From: an uncultured Methanosarcinales archaeon | GTDB taxonomy: Archaea > Nanobdellota > Nanobdellia > Woesearchaeales > CAYPCY01 | DNA: 64,000 bases | Assembly: GCA_964409385.1 (NCBI GenBank) | Contig: CAYPCY010000001.1 | Location: 232,546 to 296,545 of the forward strand | Reading direction: 5' to 3' | Part shown: positions 51,393 to 60,038 of the stretch, piece by piece | How positions within the stretch are numbered: position 1 is the first letter of the stretch | How the letters are laid out: every line of letters begins with the position of its first letter | The notes under the pieces: model-generated | Seen by the model: the letters and a program-made list of their open reading frames with translations, nothing else | Database searches by the model: none | What the model was told of the DNA's origin: nothing | Made by a program: the position numbers and the translations under genes

Positions 51393-52346
51393 CTATAAAT
51401 CATTTAATCCTTCTTTCTCAACAATGAATGCAGCTTCTCCTTCTGGCAAATTTGGACTGTCTACAAGTTTTGCAACTCTAGAACCTTTTTTTCCTTTTCT
51501 TAAATAAATTCTGAATGTTGATGCATGTGCAACTATATGTCCGCCTATTGCTTGAGTAGGATCTCCAAAGAACATATCTGGTTTTGACATCACTTGATTG
51601 GTTAGATAAACACAAAGATTGTTCATATCTGCTAGTTTTAGAAGGATATGCATGTGCTTATTTAACTTTTGTTGTCTTTCTGCAAGTGTTCCTCTTCCTA
51701 CAAATTCTGCTCTAAAATGTGCAGTTAGTGAATCTACAATTACTAGTTTAACATTCAAATTATCTTTTATTAAATCTTGGACTTTTTCAGCTAGCAACAT
51801 TTGATGATCTGAATTATATGCTCTTGCAACTTTAATATTTTGTAAGACTTTTTCAGTATCTAATCCTGCTCCTTCAGCCAAGTCTTTTATTCTTTCTGGT
51901 CTAAACGTGTTTTCTGTATCTATGTATACTATTATTGCTTCAGGATCTTGTTTTTGAAGGTTTATTGCTAAAACATGTGCTATTTGTGTTTTTCCACTTC
52001 CGAATTCTCCAAAACATTCTGTTATTGCGCCTGTTTCAAAACCTCCTCCGAGCATTTGATCAAATGCTTCTACATTAGTTGTTATTTTAGTTACTGCTTC
52101 TCTTCTTTTTAATAAATCAATTCCTGATTGGAAGCCCATGTCTGCTTCTTCTCTTGCAGCTTGTATCATTTTTCTTGCGGATGATTCTGAGACTCCTGAA
52201 GCATCTACTAATTCTCCTGGTGTAGCTACTGCTATTGCAATTATACTATTAAATCCTGATAATTCTAATTTTTCTACTGTCGCTGCTCCGACTCCTGGAA
52301 GATCTAAGACTGATTTTTCTTTCATAATTACCACTTGTTCTGTCAT
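51393..52346 (-). CDS. radA: DNA recombinase RadA
   Basis: DLPGVG HhH, GEFGSGKTQ, DTENTFRPER, RGTLAERQQ, DSPNLPE. Confidence 0.97.
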   Translation of the reverse strand: MTEQVVIMKEKSVLDLPGVGAATVEKLELSGFNSIIAIAVATPGELVDASGVSESSARKMIQAAREEADMGFQSGIDLLKRREAVTKITTNVEAFDQMLGGGFETGAITECFGEFGSGKTQIAHVLAINLQKQDPEAIIVYIDTENTFRPERIKDLAEGAGLDTEKVLQNIKVARAYNSDHQMLLAEKVQDLIKDNLNVKLVIVDSLTAHFRAEFVGRGTLAERQQKLNKHMHILLKLADMNNLCVYLTNQVMSKPDMFFGDPTQAIGGHIVAHASTFRIYLRKGKKGSRVAKLVDSPNLPEGEAAFIVEKEGLNDL

Positions 52347-52379
52347 TTTATATTACCTCCTTATTTTTAAGAGTTACTC

Positions 52380-52604
52380 TTATGCCTCGGAAACTATGCA
52401 GGCTTCGAATGCTTTTTGTAGAAGCAGATTTGCTTTTGGAAGGTCATTCACTCTTAATGTGTTTGTGTTTTTCCAATTTCCTTGTTCGTCTTTGTAGTTT
52501 CTTGTCAGACTTATTGTCTGAAAAGTTCCTTTTTCTGTTTTATTTTCCCAAATTGTTGCAGAGATTGCTCCTGCTTTGAATGATTTACTTGGTTTGTTAT
52601 TCAT
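52380..52604 (-). CDS. Small PC4-fold-like ssDNA-binding protein candidate
   Basis: F-x-AG-x-I-x-ATIWEN...R-x-YKD-x-x-G-x-WK-x-T-x-x-L-x-x-x-DLPK. Confidence 0.65.
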   Translation of the reverse strand: MNNKPSKSFKAGAISATIWENKTEKGTFQTISLTRNYKDEQGNWKNTNTLRVNDLPKANLLLQKAFEACIVSEA

Positions 52605-52605
52605 A

Positions 52606-52662
52606 TTATTTACCTCCTTGCTTTCGCTTATTATTTCAAGTCCTTTCGGACGGGGTAAATAA
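52606..52662 (-). promoter_or_regulatory. Structured 5' leader that pairs with the SD
   Basis: TTATTTACC pairs with GGTAAATAA (overlapping GGAGGT); internal GTCC-GAAA-GGAC hairpin. Confidence 0.6.
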
Positions 52663-52738
52663 GAATTAGTCTTTTTTGTTTAAATATATCACGCGAGAAT
52701 GTCCAGTGCAAATAATCTTTTTATTTCTCAAATATTTT

Positions 52739-52753
52739 GAAAAGATTTATAAA
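52739..52753 (+). promoter_or_regulatory. BRE-TATA promoter of the radical SAM cassette
   Basis: GAAAAGA-TTTATAAA about 70 nt upstream of the peptide ORF. Confidence 0.55.
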
Positions 52754-52821
52754 CAATAATTACTAAAATCAATTTAAAGAAGTTTTATGTTATTTGTTGA
52801 ATAATTAAAAGGCGATTTAAG

Positions 52822-53004
52822 TTGTTAGAAAATAAATTGAAAAAGATTCAAAAAAATGAAGAAAAAATATATTTTGAAAAATCAGCCAAACAAATCCAAG
52901 GGATATCCACAAAAGAATTTAATTTTAAAAAAGAATTTCAAACCAAAAAATATTCTACAGAACTTCCCATTGTTCCTTTTGTTAAATGTTACGACTGTAG
53001 TTAA
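52822..53004 (+). CDS. Putative RiPP precursor peptide
   Basis: 60 aa, charged leader-like region, C-terminal KCYDCS, 12 nt upstream of the rSAM gene. Confidence 0.55.
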   Translation: MLENKLKKIQKNEEKIYFEKSAKQIQGISTKEFNFKKEFQTKKYSTELPIVPFVKCYDCS

Positions 53005-53016
53005 ACAAAATTAATT

Positions 53017-54177
53017 ATGATTTTAAAAAATTGTATTTTGTTAAAAAAGAAAAAATCTTTTTTCTTAGAAAGCTTGATTTCTGACCAGTCAATTGAATTA
53101 AATAAATTTACTGCTAAAAAAATATCCCAATTAGGATTCAAAACTAAAAAAAAAACTAAAGGAAATGATAGTTTGTTAATTGATAAACTAAACAATTTTA
53201 ATTTTATTGAAGAAGGCATTTCTAAAATAAAAATAAGCGATAAAACAAATAAGTTAACTAATTTAGGTATTGAAATAACAAGTAACTGTAATTTAGTTTG
53301 TAAACATTGTTATTTGGGAGAAAAAACTAATAAGACATTAACTTTTGAAATTTTTAAAAAATTAATTGATGAAAGTAAAAAATTAGGTATTTATTCTATA
53401 GATATTACTGGTGGAGAACCTTTCACTGACAAAGCATTATTTAAAAAATTAAATTATGTTCGATCTAATAATCTTAAACTAACAATCACAAGCAACAATA
53501 TATTAATTGATAAAAAAATTGCTAAAAAACTTAAACAAATAAATACATCTAGAATGATTGTTTCGCTTTGTGGTTTTGAAAAAGAACATGAACAAATTTA
53601 CGGAAAGAAAACGTTTAATAAAACAATCGATGGAATTAAACATCTTGTTAAACAAAACATTCCTCTTTCGGCCAATTTTATAGTTTTTCCGGATAACGTT
53701 TATTTATTAAAAACAAAAAGATACATGAATTTTTTAAACAATTTAGGAATTGAAAGAATCATTCCAACCCCTGTAATAAATATGGGTTTTGCTTGTCAAA
53801 ATAAAGAGCTTATTCTTACAAATGCAGATTATTTAACTTTTTTTGGAATTGAAAAAAATAAAAAAACAGATTTAAATAAAATAGGTCTTGATTGTGCTGC
53901 TCAAAAAAAAAGAATTTTCATAAAAAGTGATGGATCAGTACTTCCTTGCCATTTATTTTCTAATTTTGAACTTGGCAATATTTATGAGAAGTCTTTAAAA
54001 AATATCATTGATTCTAATAAACAACTCAGTTCATTTAAATATTCTGATTTAGAAGATTGTTTAGATTGTTCAAAAATTACTTTGTGTGGAGGCGGTTGTA
54101 GAGGTCGAGCATATTCTATTAGTGGGAATCTATATGCTAAAGATGTTGAAAGTTGTAGAGGTTATGGATTATGTTAA
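53017..54177 (+). CDS. Radical SAM/SPASM domain protein
   Basis: CNLVCKHC, TGGEP; SPASM C...DGSVLPC...CLDC-x5-CGGGC...C. Confidence 0.95.
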   Translation: MILKNCILLKKKKSFFLESLISDQSIELNKFTAKKISQLGFKTKKKTKGNDSLLIDKLNNFNFIEEGISKIKISDKTNKLTNLGIEITSNCNLVCKHCYLGEKTNKTLTFEIFKKLIDESKKLGIYSIDITGGEPFTDKALFKKLNYVRSNNLKLTITSNNILIDKKIAKKLKQINTSRMIVSLCGFEKEHEQIYGKKTFNKTIDGIKHLVKQNIPLSANFIVFPDNVYLLKTKRYMNFLNNLGIERIIPTPVINMGFACQNKELILTNADYLTFFGIEKNKKTDLNKIGLDCAAQKKRIFIKSDGSVLPCHLFSNFELGNIYEKSLKNIIDSNKQLSSFKYSDLEDCLDCSKITLCGGGCRGRAYSISGNLYAKDVESCRGYGLC

Positions 54178-54617
54178 TAACTGAATTAAAAAATGAAAAT
54201 TTTAATGAACTCGTTAGTTTGAATAAAAAAAACATTAAATTCCATCAACAATTTAACAAATTAAAATATTGTTTAACAAAAGTTGAAAAGAAACAATTAG
54301 AAGTTGAATTAAAACAATTAATAATTTGCAAAACTTCCAAATGTTTTTTATTAAAAAACAAGAAAAAAAGCATAGGATTTATTTTAATTTCTTTTAAATC
54401 CGAACGGGCAAGAATTTGCGAATTATTTATTCTTAAAGAATTTCGTAAATTAGGATTGGGAAAATCATTAATTAATTTTATTATAGACTGGCTAAAGAAA
54501 AATACAAAAACTAAAGAAATTATTTTAGATGTTGATCATTCAAATACAACTGCAATTAATTTTTATGAAAAAATGAACTTAAAAAAGGATTTTATTAGAA
54601 TGAAAACTAGTTTTTAA
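54171..54617 (+). CDS. GNAT family N-acetyltransferase
   Basis: LFI-x-x-EFR-x-x-GLGK-x-L, N-x-x-AINFYEK. Confidence 0.9.
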   Translation: MLITELKNENFNELVSLNKKNIKFHQQFNKLKYCLTKVEKKQLEVELKQLIICKTSKCFLLKNKKKSIGFILISFKSERARICELFILKEFRKLGLGKSLINFIIDWLKKNTKTKEIILDVDHSNTTAINFYEKMNLKKDFIRMKTSF

Positions 54618-54634
54618 GAAATCAGTTAATTCCA

Positions 54635-55933
54635 TTAAATATCTTCAATATCTTCTAAGGATAATAAATTTTCTTCAGCAATAGTAACTTGTTCTTTTTC
54701 TTTAGATTGTTCTAAATGATTTTCTTCTTGAACATTATTCTCTGTTTGTTCTGTTGACTTTTCAGTTTCTGGAATATCTATTTTTATCACAGGTTCTTCG
54801 ACAGATGTTTCCGTTTCTACTTGTTCTGTTTCTAAATTCGGAGAATTTTGAATCTCAGAATCGTTTTGCGATTCTTCCGTTTCTAAATTCGGAGAATTTT
54901 GAACTTCTGAACTTTTTTCAACTTCTATTTTTTCTTCAGACTCTAATTTTTTTTGATCGTTAGTTTCTTGTAATTCTTCTTTAGGATCTGGATTTTTTAC
55001 TACGTTTTGAGCAATGAATTCTATCCTTCCTACTACTTGATTTTGTGATGCTCTTCCAGTGATTTTTATTATATTTCCTAATAAATCATTCTTCACTTGA
55101 GAAAATTCATCATTAGTCCTGAAAGGTTGAATTTGTTCATCTGTCATTCCTAATAATTGAATTGTTTGATTTTTGAAAAAGACACATCTTAAATTGTCAG
55201 AACCATCATCTAAGAAACAATTTAGAACATATGAATAGTTTGGTTGTATAACTCCGTGTTCTTGACATTCAAAAACTCCTTCTTTCTCCCTGGTTCTTTT
55301 ATTACATGTTGGACATACTTCATAAAATCTTAAGTCGTAAACTTGAACTATTGTTGATAATAATTCTACATTCTCATCATTTTCTTCAAGTTCTTTTATT
55401 GTTTTTCTTACTTTTCTTTGTGGTTCCTGAACTCCTTCTATTATAATTCCTTCAGGATTTATATTTAATGAAGATTTAGAATTTATATGAAGTTCTTTTC
55501 TATTATTTTGTTCTTTTAGATATCCTGATTCTATTTTTAGAATGTCTTCTTCATTAATTTTTTCTAACTGGTCTGCTTGATCATTCCATAATACTAGTCT
55601 TACAACTCCTGTTTCGTCACCTAATAAAAGACTTCCTACTTTTCCTTTTCTTTCATTAGTTTCAAAATGTCTAACTTCATATTTTTTAACTACTTTTCCA
55701 GAAATTGTGACATTTGATAATCCGCCTGCTAGATTTTTTATTTTTAGATTTTCAGCAGGTTCTAGAATCTTAACTCCTAATTCATTAGCTATTATATGTG
55801 ATGCTCCTTCTTCACTTATTAATCCTGAAAGCTGGTCTAATTTCTCTTTTATTTTATCAGCTAAACCTTCTTCAGTTAGTTTTCCAGAATCTATAATTCT
55901 TTTCTTAACTTCTTCTAATGGAATCTTAAACAC
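54635..55933 (-). CDS. rpa: Replication protein A (OB folds plus zinc finger) with acidic tail
   Basis: GDETG-x-x-RLVLW, CPTC...CQEHG, LDDGS. Confidence 0.9.
   Translation of the reverse strand: MFKIPLEEVKKRIIDSGKLTEEGLADKIKEKLDQLSGLISEEGASHIIANELGVKILEPAENLKIKNLAGGLSNVTISGKVVKKYEVRHFETNERKGKVGSLLLGDETGVVRLVLWNDQADQLEKINEEDILKIESGYLKEQNNRKELHINSKSSLNINPEGIIIEGVQEPQRKVRKTIKELEENDENVELLSTIVQVYDLRFYEVCPTCNKRTREKEGVFECQEHGVIQPNYSYVLNCFLDDGSDNLRCVFFKNQTIQLLGMTDEQIQPFRTNDEFSQVKNDLLGNIIKITGRASQNQVVGRIEFIAQNVVKNPDPKEELQETNDQKKLESEEKIEVEKSSEVQNSPNLETEESQNDSEIQNSPNLETEQVETETSVEEPVIKIDIPETEKSTEQTENNVQEENHLEQSKEKEQVTIAEENLLSLEDIEDI
54828..54903. repeat. 25-bp direct repeat with 51-bp period inside the rpa tail
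   Basis: GTTTCTAAATTCGGAGAATTTTGAA at 54828 and 54879; encodes QNSPNLETE twice. Confidence 0.9.
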
Positions 55934-55983
55934 TTTCTACCCCCTTCTAGAATTGAATATTTACATCTTTAAAAAGATTCGGG

Positions 55984-58143
55984 TTAAGAAACGCTTGATT
56001 TTAGACCTTTAGTGTTTTCTTGAATTACATTTGTGAAAGGTAATGGTACACCTGTTATATTTATGCTTATTATGTTGTTTTCTTGAAATAATTTATTGTT
56101 TTCTAGAAATTGTGTAAATTCACCTATTCCTTCCCATATTGGAATTGGTAAATTACTATTTGTTATTTGTTCTTGCGAATTATAAATGTAGTATTTGTAT
56201 GCTTTGTTTTGGGGTGCATTCCAGGATATTATGAAGGAATCTTGGTGTATTTCTATTTGTACATTTTCTAATGGTTTTGGTTTTGCATAGTATTCTATAT
56301 CAAAAGGAATTTCTGTTATTGTGTTATCTAAAATATCTATTGAAGTATCTAGTTTTGCACAGAGTCTTTGTATTGTTTTATCCCTAATACAAGTATCTTC
56401 TATTAAGCTATGTGTTAATCCTCCATTCCTAATTCCTAAATTATTAATATAATACTCTTTTAAACCATTATTAATAACATATCTTGTATCTATAGTTCCA
56501 ATTAATTCATGAGATACTTCTTCAAATCCAAGAATGTTTTTATTTATTATTAATTCTTCATTTTCTTGTTTGAATGTCGTATTTTCTCCATCTCGCATTA
56601 TTATAAAGTCTATAACAGCTTGTCCATAAAATTGATGAATTATACATTCACAATTCTGATGTGGTGATTCACTACAATAATGTGCTTCTTCAAATAATTC
56701 AATAAACTCATTAGTCTCGCAAGGATTATTTTCTACCGTAATATTATAACTTCCTTGATTGAAATTGTCAATATTATATTCTAGTTGTTCCATTGCTTCC
56801 TCCGTTCCATGATGGTTTAAGACTTCTTCTACAAAATCATATATTGGTTGAAAAATTTCAGGATTGTAAGAATTGTTTATCTTGAAACTTTGTTGGTAAA
56901 TTAAATCTCCTAATAATTGGTCTTCTGAACAATAACTTCCTAGAAGTTTTACTGCTCCGTTAAAATGTTTTGCTGCCCTATTTAAATGATTTCCTGTGAC
57001 ATTTAAATGCCAAGGATTACTTAAAGAAGGTCTTGGACTTCCTGCATTATACGCTGCTGAAGTAAGTATTGGGTCGAAATTTAATCCGAGATTATTCTTG
57101 TTTTTTATATATTTTGCAAGCAAAGGAATTTCTTTTTCAGGATTTTTCAACTCATCTACATGTTCTTGAAATCCAAGATCTTTTAATGCAGTGTCTGGAA
57201 GCACATGACCTATTCCTGTAGAACAAGCCACTTTATTATATTCGTTTTGACAAGAATTAGTTTGTTCAACACAATTTGTTGCTCCCCAATCGTCTACATT
57301 ACCACAACAGTATTTGTCTCTAAGTCCTGGCATTAATAATTCCATTTCGGCTAGTTCTTGATCAGTGTATTTATTGTTAACACTATTTTCACATCTTATA
57401 TTATCTATAGAATAAGGATCTAAAATATTTTTTGCTTCAGTACATAACACCATTACTATTAATTGTTCAGGAACACCTTGTTGTATGGCTGCATTAGTTA
57501 TTATACTTCCATACTCATCCACTACTTGTCCTGCACATGTTTCTTCAAGAAAAGGCACTTTATTTCCTTGTTGATTCTTAACTTCTAATCCTTCTTCCGT
57601 CAATTTCCATTCATAATTTGGTGAGGATGAGTAAGAATGATATTGTGTCAGGTAAGAATTACAAAATCCTTGATCGTTAGTTGTTATGGATATTATTGAA
57701 TCTCCCGTAACTACTTCAGTCTCTATAGTTTTTGTATCTTTATAATATTCTATTTTAGATTCAAAGTTTATATTATTTACATAATCATGTTTTCTCAAGT
57801 ATAGTTTTGTACTATTTTCAAATTCTTTCTTCAAGTATTGTTCATAATCAACCTTGCAATTATTAAATATGGGATCTACAAAATTATCACAATTTTTTTC
57901 ATGACTTGCAGTATAGAAATCAAATAGTGATAGTAACATTGCATTTTTAGAACTTAAGTAAAAATAGTTTTCTCCTTCTTTCTGATTATAAATTCCATTA
58001 GCTATTTTTATTTGATACTCGCCTATTTTATCTGTTCTTCCCGCAGTACTTATTTCTTGGGATGCTGCCACTAAGAAATAAATCATTAATGCAATTAACA
58101 TTAATGTTGTTAATCCTATTAATACTTGACCTTTATTTGACAT
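55984..58143 (-). CDS. Pilin-like (class III signal peptide) protein with lytic transglycosylase SLT-like domain and C-terminal Fn3-like domain
   Basis: MSNKG|QVLIG+TM; Y-x-x-II-x-x-AA-x-x-x-GVP-x-x-LI-x-x-V-x-x-TEA, GIGHVLPDTA, L-x-NPE-x-x-I-x-x-x-AKYI, AAYNAG. Confidence 0.8.
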   Translation of the reverse strand: MSNKGQVLIGLTTLMLIALMIYFLVAASQEISTAGRTDKIGEYQIKIANGIYNQKEGENYFYLSSKNAMLLSLFDFYTASHEKNCDNFVDPIFNNCKVDYEQYLKKEFENSTKLYLRKHDYVNNINFESKIEYYKDTKTIETEVVTGDSIISITTNDQGFCNSYLTQYHSYSSSPNYEWKLTEEGLEVKNQQGNKVPFLEETCAGQVVDEYGSIITNAAIQQGVPEQLIVMVLCTEAKNILDPYSIDNIRCENSVNNKYTDQELAEMELLMPGLRDKYCCGNVDDWGATNCVEQTNSCQNEYNKVACSTGIGHVLPDTALKDLGFQEHVDELKNPEKEIPLLAKYIKNKNNLGLNFDPILTSAAYNAGSPRPSLSNPWHLNVTGNHLNRAAKHFNGAVKLLGSYCSEDQLLGDLIYQQSFKINNSYNPEIFQPIYDFVEEVLNHHGTEEAMEQLEYNIDNFNQGSYNITVENNPCETNEFIELFEEAHYCSESPHQNCECIIHQFYGQAVIDFIIMRDGENTTFKQENEELIINKNILGFEEVSHELIGTIDTRYVINNGLKEYYINNLGIRNGGLTHSLIEDTCIRDKTIQRLCAKLDTSIDILDNTITEIPFDIEYYAKPKPLENVQIEIHQDSFIISWNAPQNKAYKYYIYNSQEQITNSNLPIPIWEGIGEFTQFLENNKLFQENNIISINITGVPLPFTNVIQENTKGLKSSVS

Positions 58144-58771
58144 AGCACAACACCACTTCTAAATTTGATTCTTCTTCTTCGTAAATTATTGGAATTTTTG
58201 CTGTTCTTATAGGAAATTCTAGTTCATTATTAGTTTCTGCCAATTTAGGTATTTTTCCATGAGAACATCTTATATTGTATGGTTTATACTTATTCTCTCT
58301 ACAACCATAAAAGATAGGGTCGCCAAATTGTAAATAATTATTGCCGTAATTTCCTTCTTCTAAAACCATAAATAATGCGTTTTGGAAAGGTTCTATTTCA
58401 TTGAAAAAATTGCTTATTGTATCACGTAATAACACTTTATCAGCAGTTTCTAAATAGCAAGATTTCACACCTATATCTGGTTTTTCTGTAAAAGGATTTG
58501 GACATCCATTATTATGTTCTGTACAGGAAGGATCTGAAAAATCTATTTTTCTTGTTCTTAAAAATTCTGAAATTGTAACATCAGAATTATTCATTTTATA
58601 ATTTAGCAAGGATTGCATTATTAATTCAGTATCTTGATATCCTGATTTTTGATTTATTCCTTCTTGTGTACTTGCTACTTTTGAGGCCATGAATATTAAG
58701 ACTAGGAAAATTATTGCAAATAAGAATAGAACAACCAAATCTACTGTTAATTTCTCTCCTTTCTTGTTCAT
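58133..58771 (-). CDS. Pilin-like protein (class III signal peptide)
   Basis: MNKKG|EKLT + hydrophobic helix. Confidence 0.75.
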   Translation of the reverse strand: MNKKGEKLTVDLVVLFLFAIIFLVLIFMASKVASTQEGINQKSGYQDTELIMQSLLNYKMNNSDVTISEFLRTRKIDFSDPSCTEHNNGCPNPFTEKPDIGVKSCYLETADKVLLRDTISNFFNEIEPFQNALFMVLEEGNYGNNYLQFGDPIFYGCRENKYKPYNIRCSHGKIPKLAETNNELEFPIRTAKIPIIYEEEESNLEVVLCYVK

Positions 58772-59262
58772 TTTGGCATTATTATCAAGGCTTCTAGAGT
58801 TCCTTTTTTTAATATTCCTCCTTGCATTATTGAGATTGGAATTTTCTTTTCCACACTATTATGTGCTGAACTTCCGAATGTTGTTCTGTCTATAGATTGT
58901 TTCCATCTTTCAAACCATTTTTCATTAAGAAATGCTTCTATTGGTGTTATTCCTGGACTTGTTATTGTTAGTCTTGCCGCTATATGTCTTGGACTTGTAT
59001 AGTTTATTTGTTCATTCAGATTTTCTGTTTTGAACTTTTCCAAGTCTATAATTCCTGTTTGTAACTTTCCTCCTTCTTCATAAGTTATAACGTCTGAATA
59101 GTATATTCTTTGAAACAACACATTCATTTCTAATTCTGTAGTATTTAATGCGTTTACTTTGAAAACTTGTACTAGCGCAACGACTGATGTTGCTAGTATT
59201 AATATTACAATTAGTCTAACAACATACGTCATGAAATCATAGAACATTCCTTTTTTTAACAA
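58768..59262 (-). CDS. Pilin-like protein (class III signal peptide)
   Basis: MLKKG|MFYDF + hydrophobic helix. Confidence 0.75.
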   Translation of the reverse strand: MLKKGMFYDFMTYVVRLIVILILATSVVALVQVFKVNALNTTELEMNVLFQRIYYSDVITYEEGGKLQTGIIDLEKFKTENLNEQINYTSPRHIAARLTITSPGITPIEAFLNEKWFERWKQSIDRTTFGSSAHNSVEKKIPISIMQGGILKKGTLEALIIMPK

Positions 59263-60002
59263 ATCGCTAGCACCTCTTTTAGTTTGTTTAAATGATTTCC
59301 TGGGCCTAGATTATTTCCTATTCCTATGTATAAATATTCAATAATTTCAGTTCCTCCAATACTTAAGTAAGGTAATTGCACTTCTTCAAATATTGGGTCT
59401 TGAGGGAACATTATATTATAAGGGTCTGAATATTCTATTTTAGTTCCTTGATTTATTTCTTCAACATGTATTATATAATCATAAACACCTAATGAATTTC
59501 CTATATTAGTTACTTGACAACCTTCTCCTAATACTTCTGAATCTAAGAAATAAGTATATTGTGTGCTTCCGTGTAATCCTACTTTTTTATAGTGTAATAC
59601 TTGCGTATAATCACTTTCATAACTTAATTCGGTTGGTTTCTTCACTATTGTAAAATTGTTAGAGTCTGTTCTTGAAGTTACTATGTTAATATCATTCTTT
59701 CCGAATACTGAAAAGTATGAATTTCCTGGCATTACTTTCGTATTATCTTTTCTTAATAGTATCACCCTGTCAGGATCTAGTATTACTGAATAATTGTGGT
59801 CTTCTCTCAGTTCGTAATATAATACGAAGTTAGGCACTGCTAGTATTAGGTTGTTTGATAGTGCTAAATCTTTAGAATAGTACTTGAACCAGTGATCATC
59901 ATCACTTATGTGTGTTTGCACATAATTAAGTAATGCAAAAACTACTAATGCTGTAAATAATAATTCCAGGATTGGAAAAAGAAGTGCTCTTCCGTTTTTC
60001 AT
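59256..60002 (-). CDS. Pilin-like protein (class III signal peptide)
   Basis: MKNGRA|LLFPILE + hydrophobic helix. Confidence 0.7.
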   Translation of the reverse strand: MKNGRALLFPILELLFTALVVFALLNYVQTHISDDDHWFKYYSKDLALSNNLILAVPNFVLYYELREDHNYSVILDPDRVILLRKDNTKVMPGNSYFSVFGKNDINIVTSRTDSNNFTIVKKPTELSYESDYTQVLHYKKVGLHGSTQYTYFLDSEVLGEGCQVTNIGNSLGVYDYIIHVEEINQGTKIEYSDPYNIMFPQDPIFEEVQLPYLSIGGTEIIEYLYIGIGNNLGPGNHLNKLKEVLAIC

Positions 60003-60038
60003 AAGTAGAATTGGTTAATTGAAACTATAAATATTTTT

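Noticed and set aside
17349..52346. Inteins in PolB, GyrA, Hef or RadA
   Set aside because: Lengths are ordinary and the catalytic motifs are uninterrupted
52620..52662. Hammerhead ribozyme (GTCC-GAAA-GGAC resembles stem II)
   Set aside because: The CUGAnGA core is absent and GAAA does not directly follow the stem
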